This document shows positions 53,237 to 64,000 of a stretch of DNA of 64,000 nt, one piece after another. The position numbers were made by a program, and so were the translations under genes. This stretch comes from Atractiella rhizophila. Taxonomy: Eukaryota. Position 1 is the first letter of the stretch, and each line of letters starts with the position of its first letter. The stretch is taken from assembly GCA_021432655.1 (NCBI GenBank), contig MU271335.1, forward strand, positions 1 through 64,000, written 5' to 3'. Below the pieces are notes generated by a model that made no database searches, was not told where the DNA came from, and saw only the letters and a program-made list of their open reading frames with translations.

Positions 53237-53796
53237 ATGGTAGTCAAACGAAAACACGTCTCGTCGACGTCGCTACCTGCCACTGGAACAATCGAGGATA
53301 CCTTTTTGGACACCCAAGACCAAGAGGAGCTTGTGAGGCAATTAAGAAAAGATAATACGCGGCTGCAACGCCTCCAGGAACTCTTTTGCGCCATTATTCA
53401 AGGCCTTTTGATTATTTGTTGCCTGCTGTGTGTAATTTCACATGTCCAGATCGGAACACCCTTAATGTATTCGTTACTAGCTTCAGCGAGGAGTATTCTC
53501 GATTCGTCGTCATCCTTCAAGTCATTAGCCTTGGTCTAGCTTTGCGTGAAAATCGAGAAGCCAGGATCAGTCAACTTACTTCTACGAATGATTTGGATTT
53601 TCTCGCCCAAGGAATATTAACGCTGCCAGGCGTCTATGTTGCGGCGAGCTCGTACCAAGAGTCTTTATCACAAATATTCTGGGCAAGCCCTGCCGTTACA
53701 GTTGCAATACGCTATTATCTTCGTTGTAATTGGTTGCAGACGAACCTCGCAATTGACGGTCTTGAGAAAATGCAGTATCGATTTAAGAAAGTCTAA
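53237..53796 (+). CDS. Small hypothetical membrane protein (2 exons)
   Basis: FLDTQDQEELVRQLRKDN followed by hydrophobic segments, ending IDGLEKMQYRFKKV*. Confidence 0.6.
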
Positions 53797-53860
53797 ATGG
53801 CCACGGTCTTGTGTATGATCAATTACAACAACAGTTCTAATGTATAACATTTCTCCACTG

Positions 53861-54496
53861 CTACACGCGACAATTCGACTGTACCAATTCTGAGCTTCGT
53901 ACCTTGCTAATAAGATGAAAACATGGCGCACAATGTTAAGAATGAGTACATCCGACGCTCCGATCGCCTGTAGATCGTCCATCGTCTTCGCCATCGTCTC
54001 TCGCTCCACCATAGAACTAACTGCGACCCATTCGGAGTCATCGAGAGGAGAGATAGTTGCAGCTCTACGACCAGGAGTAATTTTTGTCGCTTCTGAAATC
54101 TTCGATCTCAAAATGTTATAGTTGCACAGGACGTATTTCTTGGCAGCAATCACTCCCGCTATGCGAGATGATATTAAGTCCATCAACTGCCAATTTTTCG
54201 AGTTTGGCTTCGCTGATCGAATAAGGACTGCCTGGCTGGAAAGAATGGTTTCGATTGGCTTGAGCCCAGCAGCTCTCATCGTTTCTCCGGATTCTTTTAA
54301 GGTGCACAAGTTAGCTTGTCATTTTAAGCGAGCTATGACTTGCCAACAAGGTCAACAATGCCATCAGCTAGTCCCAACGCGCAAGCTGCCTCTACGCTTC
54401 CGCCTACATACTCTATCCTGGTCGTTTTCTTCGGTTCTGTCTTCTTATCAAGCTCTCCAAAATATTGCGCAGCCAAAACCTCAAAGCTAGTCACAA
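53861..54496 (-). CDS. HIS1: ATP phosphoribosyltransferase, C-terminal half
   Basis: VTSFEVLAAQYF...YVGGSVEAACALGLADGIVDLV|ESGETMRAAGL...RIAGVIAAKKYVLCNYN...ITPGRRAATISPL...GASDVLILNI|SNCRV*. Confidence 0.96.
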
Positions 54497-54555
54497 NNNN
54501 NNNNNNNNNNNNNNNNNNNNNNNNNNNNNNNNNNNNNNNNNNNNNNNNNNNNNNN
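54497..54555. other. Assembly gap (N-run) inside HIS1
   Basis: N-run directly left of mirror block 2. Confidence 1.
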
Positions 54556-55312
54556 GCGGTGTTGAAACCTCCTGCGGGTCGACGGACTAGAGGTTCTTCG
54601 TGACGTCTGTAGAGGTCAAGGGTAAGTTTGACGCTTCGAACGAGGTTGGCTTCTAGTTTAAGCTGTTTACCAGTTGGAGGATGGAAGGCCCAGCTAGCCT
54701 CTGCGAAACCTTTAGAAGTCTTGTCAACGGTCCTGGTTTTTATGACAGAAAGTTTATGGATGCAAACTTCTGGAACTCTTAGAGCGAGCCCATTGCCTTC
54801 CTACACAACTAGAGAGCAAAAGCCTTGATAAACAGGAACGAGTTCGTGGGCAGGGAATGTGGTTTGGATAAGAGGAGCTAGTAAAACAAAGAACCGACGC
54901 CCAGTAGTTTGTCCTTCCTAGTGATTTAGACTTCGCTACCGACCTCTTGAGGCGCCGTCCTCTCTCATACGTTCTTTAAGTTCTGATGTAGTTGCGGACA
55001 CTTCGGCTAGGATGGGTAGCGGAGGCGTTATGTCTCAAAGACGCTTTGTTACTAGGCGACCATGAAACGCTTATAAAGGTAGCGGACTACTACTATATGG
55101 CCACCGAGTCGAAGTCCGAGCTTCAGGTCAAGGGTCTGCCTCTTGAACGGCTTGCCGACCGAGTCTAGCCTGTTAGAGTCGAACTAACCAAAGACTTCTC
55201 TTCTTAGTCGCTAGTCGGTCCGAGAGCGCACTTCCTACTACTTTCACTATCGTTGCTAAGACAATGCGACCTAGCAGCAGCAGTCCAGGCCTTTCACGTA
55301 TCCTCGCATATT
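54556..55312. CDS. SUV3: SUV3 C-terminal segment, read as complement left to right
   Basis: Stop-free for about 250 codons: ATTLEDAQLPDLQEALQTSPVPIQTAKLAPT...LFVLAQAPV...MIYRWLSFRLEVQFPD...HRSV*; continues ...QIAGRAGRYGMGKAKGMV. Confidence 0.92.
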
Positions 55313-55326
55313 ATGTAACGTAATTG

Positions 55327-56326
55327 AATAACACGAACTTAGTAAGCGTTAAGTAACTAGGTGTATATAAATGAACTATAGACTATATTTCAGGACTTGG
55401 TCTGCGCGACTCAACGCACGACCCTTTTGGGAGAAGAACGCCTTTCCATAACGCTGGTGCTCAAGCTTATTTACGCTGTCAGGAGAAGGAAACAGGTGAG
55501 CATTCAAACTGTTCAAAGTTAACGTACCTCCACTTACGAATGACCATTGCAGACCCCTCTCTCGTCCCCTTCCACCTCTATGAACCTTTCCTCGCTCCTT
55601 CTACTATCGCATATTCGTCCGCTGCCGTTTTGTGGTGGAAACTGAGGGGCCGACGCACACATGCTGCAGCTCCTCTCATCTTAGTGTCTTTTCTTCCCGA
55701 GTGTACTGTCGCCTCCGTTAACGAGATACCAAGCGTACAGGACTATAGGGCATTTCCAGTTTTCACTAATAGACGACCGCACCAGTCTTCTCGTATTTTT
55801 CTAGTTATTGTTTGACACAGTTAACGGGTAAAGCACCACTTTCCGCACTACCGAAGTTCGTGGCACAGGACCAGGGTGGTCCACACTCCCAATAGTCCGT
55901 TTAGTGATGTATTCTGCAGTTGCAGGTTTTCAGGTGACTCTTGATCGCCACCTGACTGACTAACAGGTCTTACTGTGTTACTCTAAGGACCTACGGCTTT
56001 AACCGCGTCCTCACGAAGTAAAGGAGTCTCGCCTCTACCGGGTTAGGCAGAAACAACGGACGTTGGTACCATTTAAACCCTGGTTCACATCCATCGAGTC
56101 TGGTAAACTCTCCGTCTCTTACACAACGACCTGTCTCGGCAACTCTAACTCCTAACACCCACTCTTCTTGTCGCGGAGTAGCAGTCGATCTGCACTTAGT
56201 CATACTAAGGTCACGACCACTATATAAGCGTGCTACCCGATGATGCATCTCATGTGCCGAGGGTCCAAGTTTACGATTTCGTTCAACTTCGTTCTCCTCT
56301 CATTCTTAATCGAACTACGACCAGTA
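55327..56326. CDS. GPI12: GlcNAc-PI de-N-acetylase (Gpi12/PIG-L), multi-exon, read right to left without complementing
   Basis: MTSIKLILTLLLLQLALA...VVAH|PDDEALFFSPTI...LCLSN|GNKDGLGHLRSEEM...IITFDLYGISGHANHRAI...QHATQRVWFRTLYQISSKYMWINEL..*. Confidence 0.95.
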
Positions 56327-56513
56327 AAATAAGCCCTGCAACTCACTAAAAGATGAGTTTGTTTACAAAAGCCTTAGTAGTATTGAAAAACGAAACGTAG
56401 TAAGGAAGGGCTATCGACGAAGATGATGGAAATGGTCTAGGTGCTTGAGAGTAAGAGCAATCAAAATATCTAAAATGTCCACCGCTGTTTAGTCTGCGTT
56501 GCTCCGCACTCGA

Positions 56514-56948
56514 TACTGCAAATGGTTCAGGTGAAACCTTCTGTCCGATGACAAGCGTTAGGGATTCTTTCCACTTACTAAAATAGAAACCATGCCCCGT
56601 TCCCAACTCAAAAGTTTTCCCTCCGACATGCTTTTCACGGAACTCGAAGAGCGTCCATTCAGGAGCGGCAAGGACGACGAGGACTACGAGTATCTTAGTG
56701 TCCTCGCCTATAGGTTAAGTCAGCGCGTTTAGCGGAACTACAAACGGATCACGCATTAGTACGGTAGCGGGACAAGCAGAGAAAGTACGAAACGACACCC
56801 GACCAAAAATGTGCACTACGATCGCAAAAGGAAGGACGACGTCTGTAGGGAGCAAAGCATCCACTTCCCTTACAGCTAGATCCATATTGTCCAGTTCTGT
56901 ACCAACGTCTTCGTCGTCACCCGAGTAACTAACTCCTTTAAGAAGGAA
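56514..56948. CDS. HIS1: HIS1 N-terminal exons, read as complement left to right
   Basis: MTFTKSTLEDRLLFAIPKK|GRLYEKCLELLA|GADIQFSRANRLDVCLVRNHAIAL|VFLPAADIPRFVGEGNVDLGITGQDMVAE...IEEILP, with three GT-AG introns. Confidence 0.96.
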
Positions 56949-58535
56949 ACCATCCCCTTCGCTTTGCCCATACCGTATCTCCCGGCTCTGCCAGCAATCT
57001 GTCCAATGAGGGAGCTCGGTAGCTTATGCATTGTCCTACCGCCCGCCGTCTCGCCATATTTGTAGAGAGATTCAAAGATTATTCGCTTGATTTTTCTATC
57101 CCAAAATGGTCAAGGCGACAAATGCAATGGCGGCACAGAAACCTACAAATTGAGGCCCATTCCAATCGCATCGCTCCCAACCAGCACATCTACTTCTCCC
57201 TGGTTGAACATCTGCGCCTGGGAGGAGCGAACTTCCGGAGGCAAGGAACCATAAATCACAGCAACCTTCAAAGCCGTTTCTCGTTGAATACGTTGCTGCA
57301 GAGCGAAAATTCTTGCTCTAGAAAAGGCCACAAGGCAGTCACCGGTGCTTAGGTCGACGAGTTTGTTACCAAGACCCTTTTGGGCGACAGCCAGCGGTGT
57401 CAGTCGTTCGTAACTATGCACAGTCAATTTGTCCCCTGTTACCTCACATAGCTTCCGTATAAGCTCTACTGCCCGTAATTCACCACAGAGATGGATTTCC
57501 TTCGCAGCCAAAGACATGAACGCTGCTGTCCAAGCAACCCCTCGATTGACATCGTCAATCATTTGGATTTCGTCAATCACGGCAACATCATACGTTGAAC
57601 TAGCTGTCGACTGAAGCATTTCGACCGTACAGGCAGTCAAAGGAGCGTTATCTGCGACAATCTTGACCACCTCTCCTGTTACTAAGTTGCAGGTCCTACT
57701 GATAGGCTTTCCGTCCTTGTCAACAATCCCTCCCTCATTGAATCTGGTGAAGATTTCGTGGGCCAGGAGACGAAGTGGGCCGGCGTAGACTCCTGTTTGA
57801 GCATTCGCGAGAGCGAGCAGAGCATTATAGGTTTTGCCTGAATTTGTCGGTCCCACGTGTAGGTGTACGTGACGTTGTGTTTTTCTCGATCCACGGTAAA
57901 GATCAGCTGGCGAGGTGAGGTCCGCTATCTCCCTCAAACGCTGGATACGCTCCCTGAGGCTGGCAGGCAGCTTTTGTTCAACAGTCCATTGAAAAAAACG
58001 AGACGCGACTGCTCGGGTGATGATCTCTCGTGGTGGATCGTCGAGCTCAAGGTCCCATCTAAGCAAATTAAAACCGGAATAACAGATTAAAGGCTTATGC
58101 GCACTCTCTCAGTATCTCTTGCTCGGTTTTGGAGGATTCATCCAGTGTCTTCAGCACTTCTGACCCAAATGACGCCGCCAAACGAGTCCCGAATCCTTGC
58201 GAACCGTCTTCTTGATTCGATATGCCCACCAAACGTAAAAGTCTATGGACATTGGGGGCGAGCTGCGCGAACTTGGCGACTTCTTGACGGAGGAAAGGCA
58301 AAGGAGAGTGGGAGACTTGAGTCTCTGCAGACTGTGTTGCAACAGTCCGCCGTGGAGAAGCATTCGTCTCTTTTCTTCTTGATCTTGATCTTCGTTGCGA
58401 CGCGGGGGGACGACCGACAAGGGTCACAGGGAATCGAGCAGCATTGGGAAGTTTAGTGCTGAGGTTGAGCGTGCTGGCGTTTCTGACGGCTGGGACGTAA
58501 AGGATTTTAGACGTGCTGGCGACGTTGGTCCTCAT
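56949..58535 (-). CDS. SUV3: Mitochondrial RNA helicase Suv3 (N-terminal and helicase core)
   Basis: HVGPTNSGKTYNAL, YAGPLRLLAHEIF, ACTVEM, VIDEIQMI, YERLTPL, GDCLVAFSR, IYGSLPPEVR, SDAIGMGLNL, QIAGRAGR; R/S/T-rich presequence. Confidence 0.96.
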
Positions 58536-58998
58536 TGTTTTGAAATCGCTTCTGCTCTCAGTTTCATCAGCCCTTTTATCGCTGGCTGGCTACGAGCTGG
58601 GCTACAAGCTGAGATGGAAATGTTCCTCACAAAAAGTTGGTCTTATTAGTTTCAAACTACAACACCAGTCCATCTCTGACGTTTGCACCGCGGTTTCCAT
58701 CAGGGTTTCTATTCGCTTGACATTGTTGCGCTGCAGAGATATAAGAACGGTTTAATGTAAAGAGGGAACTTCCATTGTACCTTTCATTGTGAGTTGTCAG
58801 TTGACGCTCACGAGATGATCGATTGGATGGCTGGCTGTAAACAATACGTGCCAGATTACCATTTACCATTCGTGTATGCTCATGCCCTTTTTGTATCTGC
58901 GGGAAGTAGTGCACATCTCTTGGCGAAGCACTCTCAGTCTACGCACGTTACACTTTGGCTGAACAGTGTATTGACCCCTCGTTTATCAGATCTACGCA

Positions 58999-61900
58999 AT
59001 GTCCAGTCAGCCAGTGAAACCTACTCGCCCACCGCCCCCATCGCCGTCCCTTGTTTCGGACTTCAAGTCAAGCGCTGCCGAAAAGACCAAAGCGCCATCT
59101 ATAGCGGATCCCGATCCCAACGCGCTCACCCCACTTAGGGCACACTATCTCAAGCGAGAACTGATCACTCTGCAAATTCAACGAGAAATATCCACTGTAG
59201 CTACTTCAGAAGCCCTATTTCTGTTTGGGTCGCCATTTCTCCCAAAATCAAGATTCTTGCCCAATGGCCAACCAAATCCTAATCCTCCACAGCTTTCAGC
59301 AGAAGAGAAACAAAGGGAGAGAGAGCAGCAAGCCGATCTTCCACTGATCAGATTTATCTTCCATCAGTTTGTGGTCACCTTTCCATTTCTCAAGAATTGT
59401 GGCCCAACTTTCTGGTCGCACAAAGTTCAGCCCTTCATTCACTCCTTCTTCGCGCGCAACATCTCGAGCAGCGAAGATAGAGAAGAGGCAACCAAGCGTC
59501 GCAGGCTGTTCGGAAAGGTGGAAAAGCATCTGGGCTTGATAGTTTCTGCGGCTATCAAAGTCAATGATAACAATGGAGCAGAAGAAGTCGTCAGGGTCAC
59601 TAGTACATCTCACCCATTTGGAGCTCGGCATCAAGCGTCGACAGGGCCTGTTTACGAAACGGAGAGTCTGTCGATCAATGTCGGAGCGCTTTCCTCTAAC
59701 GCTTCCGAAAGCGAGCAGAGTTTTAGTGTCAATGTTGTTACCGTGCGCAACATTGTGACAAAGGGAAGAGTTCGCAACAAACATCATGAAGAATTTATTA
59801 TCCGCACGAAGAGCAAGGATGGAGAGGTTTACGTCAGTCGACGATATGGGGATTTTCTCAAATTGTCAGAAGAGGTGCGCCTCCTGCTAATGAGCCTAGG
59901 ATTCCCTGATCGTAGTGTTAATGTTATAGCTACGAAGCGAATATGCAGAAGCAGACATCCGACCTCCGCCTCCGAAAGACCGCCGCTCTGTCGAAGTTCG
60001 ATCTCAGTCGACTGGTCCTTCCCCTCGCAGATCAGAGTTTCCGACATCTACATCCGAGGCGTTTGAGGATTCTCAATATCTGATGCCAGGCGATATCAGT
60101 AGCTCTCCACCAAGCACAAGTGCCTTCTCCTCCAATGCCTCAACACACCATCATCACGACAAACACCTGCCGAATCTCGCTCGAGAAAGGAACAGGCTCA
60201 CTCTCCGTGCATATCTCCACTCCTTATTGGCGAATGATGCACTAGCTTCGAGCGAGACTATGAGATCGTTTCTATTGGAAAGCCCTACCACTTTGACGGA
60301 TTCTGAACTTCGTGATGTGGCAGTTAGAGAAGAGATGGATCGCATACGAGAGGAAGAAACAAGGCAGTTTCAGGAAGAGGTCGAGATTCGTGTGAAAGAG
60401 CTCGAGTCTAGCTTGCGCCAGTTTCGCGAGGACCTGGTCAAATCAGGTTTGTGCAACTGGCAGCAGCGGGTCGTTATCTGATGTATCCCGCTAGACGGCT
60501 TGACAGAGGTTTTTGCCACCATTAGGCGGACGCCAAGGGTTGAGGACTTACCCTTGCAGTATAGAAAGGTTTTGGAATGGGGTCGTATATCGTAACTCCA
60601 TCATCCTTCTATATGAGACCTGACACTTGACTCAGCCTTGCATCGACGCTGTACCAACTATTTCTTGGGTCTGACGATTCATCTTCGACATTTAATCAGC
60701 TGAAGCGGATTCATGGCATGATCCCGTACTTACTACTTCGTGGAGTTCTTAAAATCTCCAACCCCGTCGCCATGATTCGTGCGGCTCTGGACCTCTTTCT
60801 TGCAAGACCTTTCGGACAGACGAGTTTGTTGCAACGTATCTTCAGCAGCACGTTGACCGAAGATATTCGGGAACTCAGGGCGGACATTGAAAAGGTGGCA
60901 GCCAAAGTTCGAGATGACCGCTTGGTCCAGAAAGTTCAGAATTTTGTGAATGCTCCCAAGGAGATCCAAGACGTTTACCGTCTCGATGCCGGTAGGACGT
61001 TTCGGAAATTCATGTTTTGACCTGAACGTGACTCTAGAGATGGAAAAAATCGACATCATTCACGCCATCCTGCGAGCACCAGAGGATCCTGTATTAGATC
61101 GCGCCGCTTTCATCCGAGTACACCGAGCGAGTGGTGCGTACGAAGAGTATAAGAAGATTAGGGATGCTCTCGCGAATCCGGACGACGATGAGGGTCCCGA
61201 TAATGAAGATGCCTGGCTTTTTGAAGACTTACATGTCATTCTGCGAATGGCGACTCGTTTAAGGGACAAGGAGCAAATGATCGCCCTCATATTTGAGGTT
61301 TGTGACCCTTTTTTCCAAAAGCGCGTGATCTAAAGCTTAGAGTAGGGATCTACATCGGAGCTGCTGAAGGACATTATCACAATGTTTTACGAGCCACTTG
61401 CAAAGGTTTACAAGGCTGCCAACATTTCAGATTGCATCTATGACCTCCAGATGTTTGTCAATGACCTGATCAAAACGGTGGAAGAGGCCGAGAACGCCAG
61501 TGTTTCCGATCCCAGGAAGGTTGTTCAACAGTTTATCGATTTAATTTCTCGACATTTACAAGCTGGGTATAATTTTGTCCACCAGGTGCACGCAAAAGGA
61601 GAAGATCTGTTCGACAACTTAATGGCATGGATACAGCTTTTCATCGATTTCGTGCGCGATGGACTTCCTGACAAGGTTACATTGGAATGGCTGCTCCCAC
61701 ACGGCGGCGAGGAGAGGGCCAACGTCATCGCAGAAGTTGACCAGATTATCGATTATCATAGGAAACTCAAGCTTTTGCGAGCCAAGAAGCTAGCTCGCGG
61801 CGAGAGGCATGCCGCGGACCGCAATCAAGACGAAACTGCCTTTGTCTCTGGAGTTTTGAGCAATTTGCACATTGGAGCAATTGCTGGCGACGTCGAGGAC

Positions 61901-62191
61901 GCTCAAGTGGAAGACTTTTCAGAGAGCGACTCGGAAGATGAGGCTGATGTCACGGAGTCCTCAGATGAGGAGGAGTTCCACACGCCAACGTTTCTAGATC
62001 GTACTCCAACTACCCATCCCATGCAGCTGCGACAGGACTCTTCGACCTCCTCGATCAACAAACCTCTGCCTTCCCCACCAGCACAGCCCAGAAAAAAACG
62101 CAACGAGATCCAACCACCTACTTTGAAGTATCTGCCAGAAATGAGTACCGTGTTCGTAGAGATGATTCGACACCAATTACGACCTCGTTGA
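58999..62191 (+). CDS. PX-domain protein with PX-associated and DUF3818 regions (Ypr097w/Lec1-like)
   Basis: LTPLRAHYLKRELI, FVVTFPFL, HEEFII...VSRRYGDFLKL, LARERNRLTLRAYL, MIPYLLLRGVLKISNP..LDLFLARPFGQTSLLQRIF, FYEPLAKVYKAA. Confidence 0.9.
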
Positions 62192-62375
62192 CTTTCTGTA
62201 TCGTTACTATATTATCTTCCTCTTCCAACTTCCTCTCAGCATTTGCCCTGCTTATCTTGTTCAGTATAGACCGAATGCGAAATCTGGTATATAATGTGAA
62301 GTTGAGACCTTTGTGTTTCTATATAATTGTACACTTTATAAGAACAGGAAATTGAAGATCTGGCATATTGATGAC

Positions 62376-63329
62376 TTATTTTTTCTTCCATTCTGCCCGA
62401 TCAAAACCTGGGTCGTTTCCAAATTCGTTCGCGTGATTCAGAACCCAATTTGCAACTTCCTTGCACTGTGCCACCCAAATATTATCCCGCTTCTTGGACA
62501 CGTATTCAACAACATCCTCCATTACTTGTATTCTCTCTTGGTCCAGCTGAAGAAAAGGGTGGAACAACAGGGCTAGATAGCCGCCGTCTCGTTCTATCTC
62601 GTCCACACGCTTGAAAAGACGCTCACGCAAAACAGCTGGAGACAAGGGTTCTTCAGAATCACCCCTTCCCACTCTCAACGGCTTCGTCGACTCCATGTAG
62701 AAGTAGGCGTCAATATTATCCCACTGAAAAGGTAGAATAGCGATTCCCTCCATGACGGCGGGGCGGTCTGCAGCTGGGCTGAGATAGGTCATGCCTTGCT
62801 CCCGCATGAGACGCAACGTGTGGTCAGTGATGAGACCGCCAGGCGGCCGAAAACCGTAATATTTGATACCTATGCTTCCAGCACTGGAAATGCTCTTCTG
62901 CAAATTGTTGACCTCGGTTTTGAGATCGAGGAGGCTCCACACTTCGTGCTGATAGGCATGAAAAGCGACTTCGTGGCCAAGCGATTGAACGTGTTTGAGA
63001 GCGTCGGGGTAGTGTTCGCAGTTCCAACCTTCGACGAAGTAGGTGGCTAAAATAGAATGACATTGCAGAATATCCTGATCTGTCGTTAAGTGCGAAATTC
63101 CGTCAAGCGAAAGCACGAACCAGCATGCGAGGCAACTTCTCCGCGACAGAATAATGTGAGCCAATTGGCTTCTCAGACGGCCAGATGCCTCGATGCAGAT
63201 CAGCCGCCTCTCCCATATTATCCTTCGTAATTTCGTCATTTGGGTAATAGATATTGGAACACCACATACCATAGTGATAGTAACGCATCCCCTCTTACCA
63301 TCTGGCCAGATAAAGCTCTTATTGGACAT
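62376..63329 (-). CDS. Polysaccharide deacetylase (CE4/NodB-like), no signal peptide
   Basis: WPDGKRGCVTITM|DNMGEA, ATYFVEGW, GHEVAFHAYQHE, GFRPPGG, LLFHPF; two introns are read through in the ORF track. Confidence 0.88.
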   Translation of the reverse strand: MSNKSFIWPDGKRGCVTITMVCGVPISITQMTKLRRIIWERRLICIEASGRLRSQLAHIILSRRSCLACWFVLSLDGISHLTTDQDILQCHSILATYFVEGWNCEHYPDALKHVQSLGHEVAFHAYQHEVWSLLDLKTEVNNLQKSISSAGSIGIKYYGFRPPGGLITDHTLRLMREQGMTYLSPAADRPAVMEGIAILPFQWDNIDAYFYMESTKPLRVGRGDSEEPLSPAVLRERLFKRVDEIERDGGYLALLFHPFLQLDQERIQVMEDVVEYVSKKRDNIWVAQCKEVANWVLNHANEFGNDPGFDRAEWKKK

Positions 63330-64000
63330 TGTGGTCGAAAGCAGGTGGTCGAGCTCTCCAGTTTAGGAATAGAGAGCCTTGGCCAGCAAACTTGCCTTCC
63401 GGCGCTCCATCCCCAGCTTCCATTTCGGCTGAAAGGTATTTCCAAGGGAGTGATGAGAATGGTTAAGCTGGACAGCAAGAATTACACCTCATATATTATA
63501 CAAAGCCGTGAAATGTCGAATGTCCATGTGTATAATGAGCAAGATAGCACGCAGGTAATAAGAGATCTTAGTGCCAGGGCCACAGCAGATAGATTCGTGA
63601 TCGGGATTCACCATGAGCATGATCGGTCCGAACCTGACACCAGAATGACCCAGAATGAATCAGACAATTGTATTGATCCTTCTCTTTTCTTGTCTACTTC
63701 CCGCTCGAGAAGAATACGTTACTGTATCCAGCATCATCTACATCCTTACCTGCCGCTTGAACTTCATTTTGCAGTTGACCGCCTGCTGATCTCTTGTTCG
63801 ATCGTTCGATCACTTGCCAGCTAGTTGAACAGCCCAACTCGCACTCTACGTTGTTATAACGGTGTCCCTTACCTGACTGCAGAACTGGATTCGGAAACAT
63901 GACCACCATATCATTCATAGATATTCTCTCAAAAACGCAGTGTATCCGCGTGGGACGCGACTTGCAGACTCACATTATCGAAACACTTTTAGAGCTCAAA

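Larger units (their letters stand above)
54556..56948. other. Mirror-reversed block 2 (reversed, not complemented)
   Basis: Coherent genes appear only in complement-only and reverse-only readings; right junction at about 56948-56950, inside SUV3. Confidence 0.96.

Noticed and set aside
54556..56948. A real biological 'backwards-read' or polarity-switched gene system
   Set aside because: No known mechanism; both blocks abut N-gaps, cut conserved genes mid-codon and are fully repaired by simple string reversal.
63500..64000. Possible 3' exons of a minus-strand gene at the window end
   Set aside because: Splice-like signals are present but there is no recognisable protein and the rest is outside the window.

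Overview
Gene-dense, intron-rich fungal DNA (basidiomycete-type genes, introns mostly about 45-60 nt) carrying about 20 protein-coding genes. The main observation is two blocks, each starting right after an N-run (1343-~4879 and 54556-~56948), that are mirror-reversed: written backwards without being complemented. They look like junk in the six-frame ORF track, but read as plain complement or plain reverse they give intact, intron-containing genes. Block 1 holds the RBA50/RPAP1 C-terminus, a complete ALG11 and exon 1 of a NUD1/Cdc11-like gene. Block 2 holds the SUV3 C-terminus, a complete GPI12 (PIG-L) and the HIS1 N-terminus. Flipping each block repairs the genes broken at both of its ends, so this is almost certainly an assembly/gap-filling artefact rather than new biology. 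Other points: an intersectin/Cin1-like gene with a stop codon inside a splice donor (short/long isoform switch), a candidate KASH-like tail-anchored protein, several GC-AG introns, a long structured ALG11 intron, a degenerate FHA domain and a 96-bp tandem duplication. All calls come from manual translation and motif recognition; no searches were run and exon boundaries are approximate.
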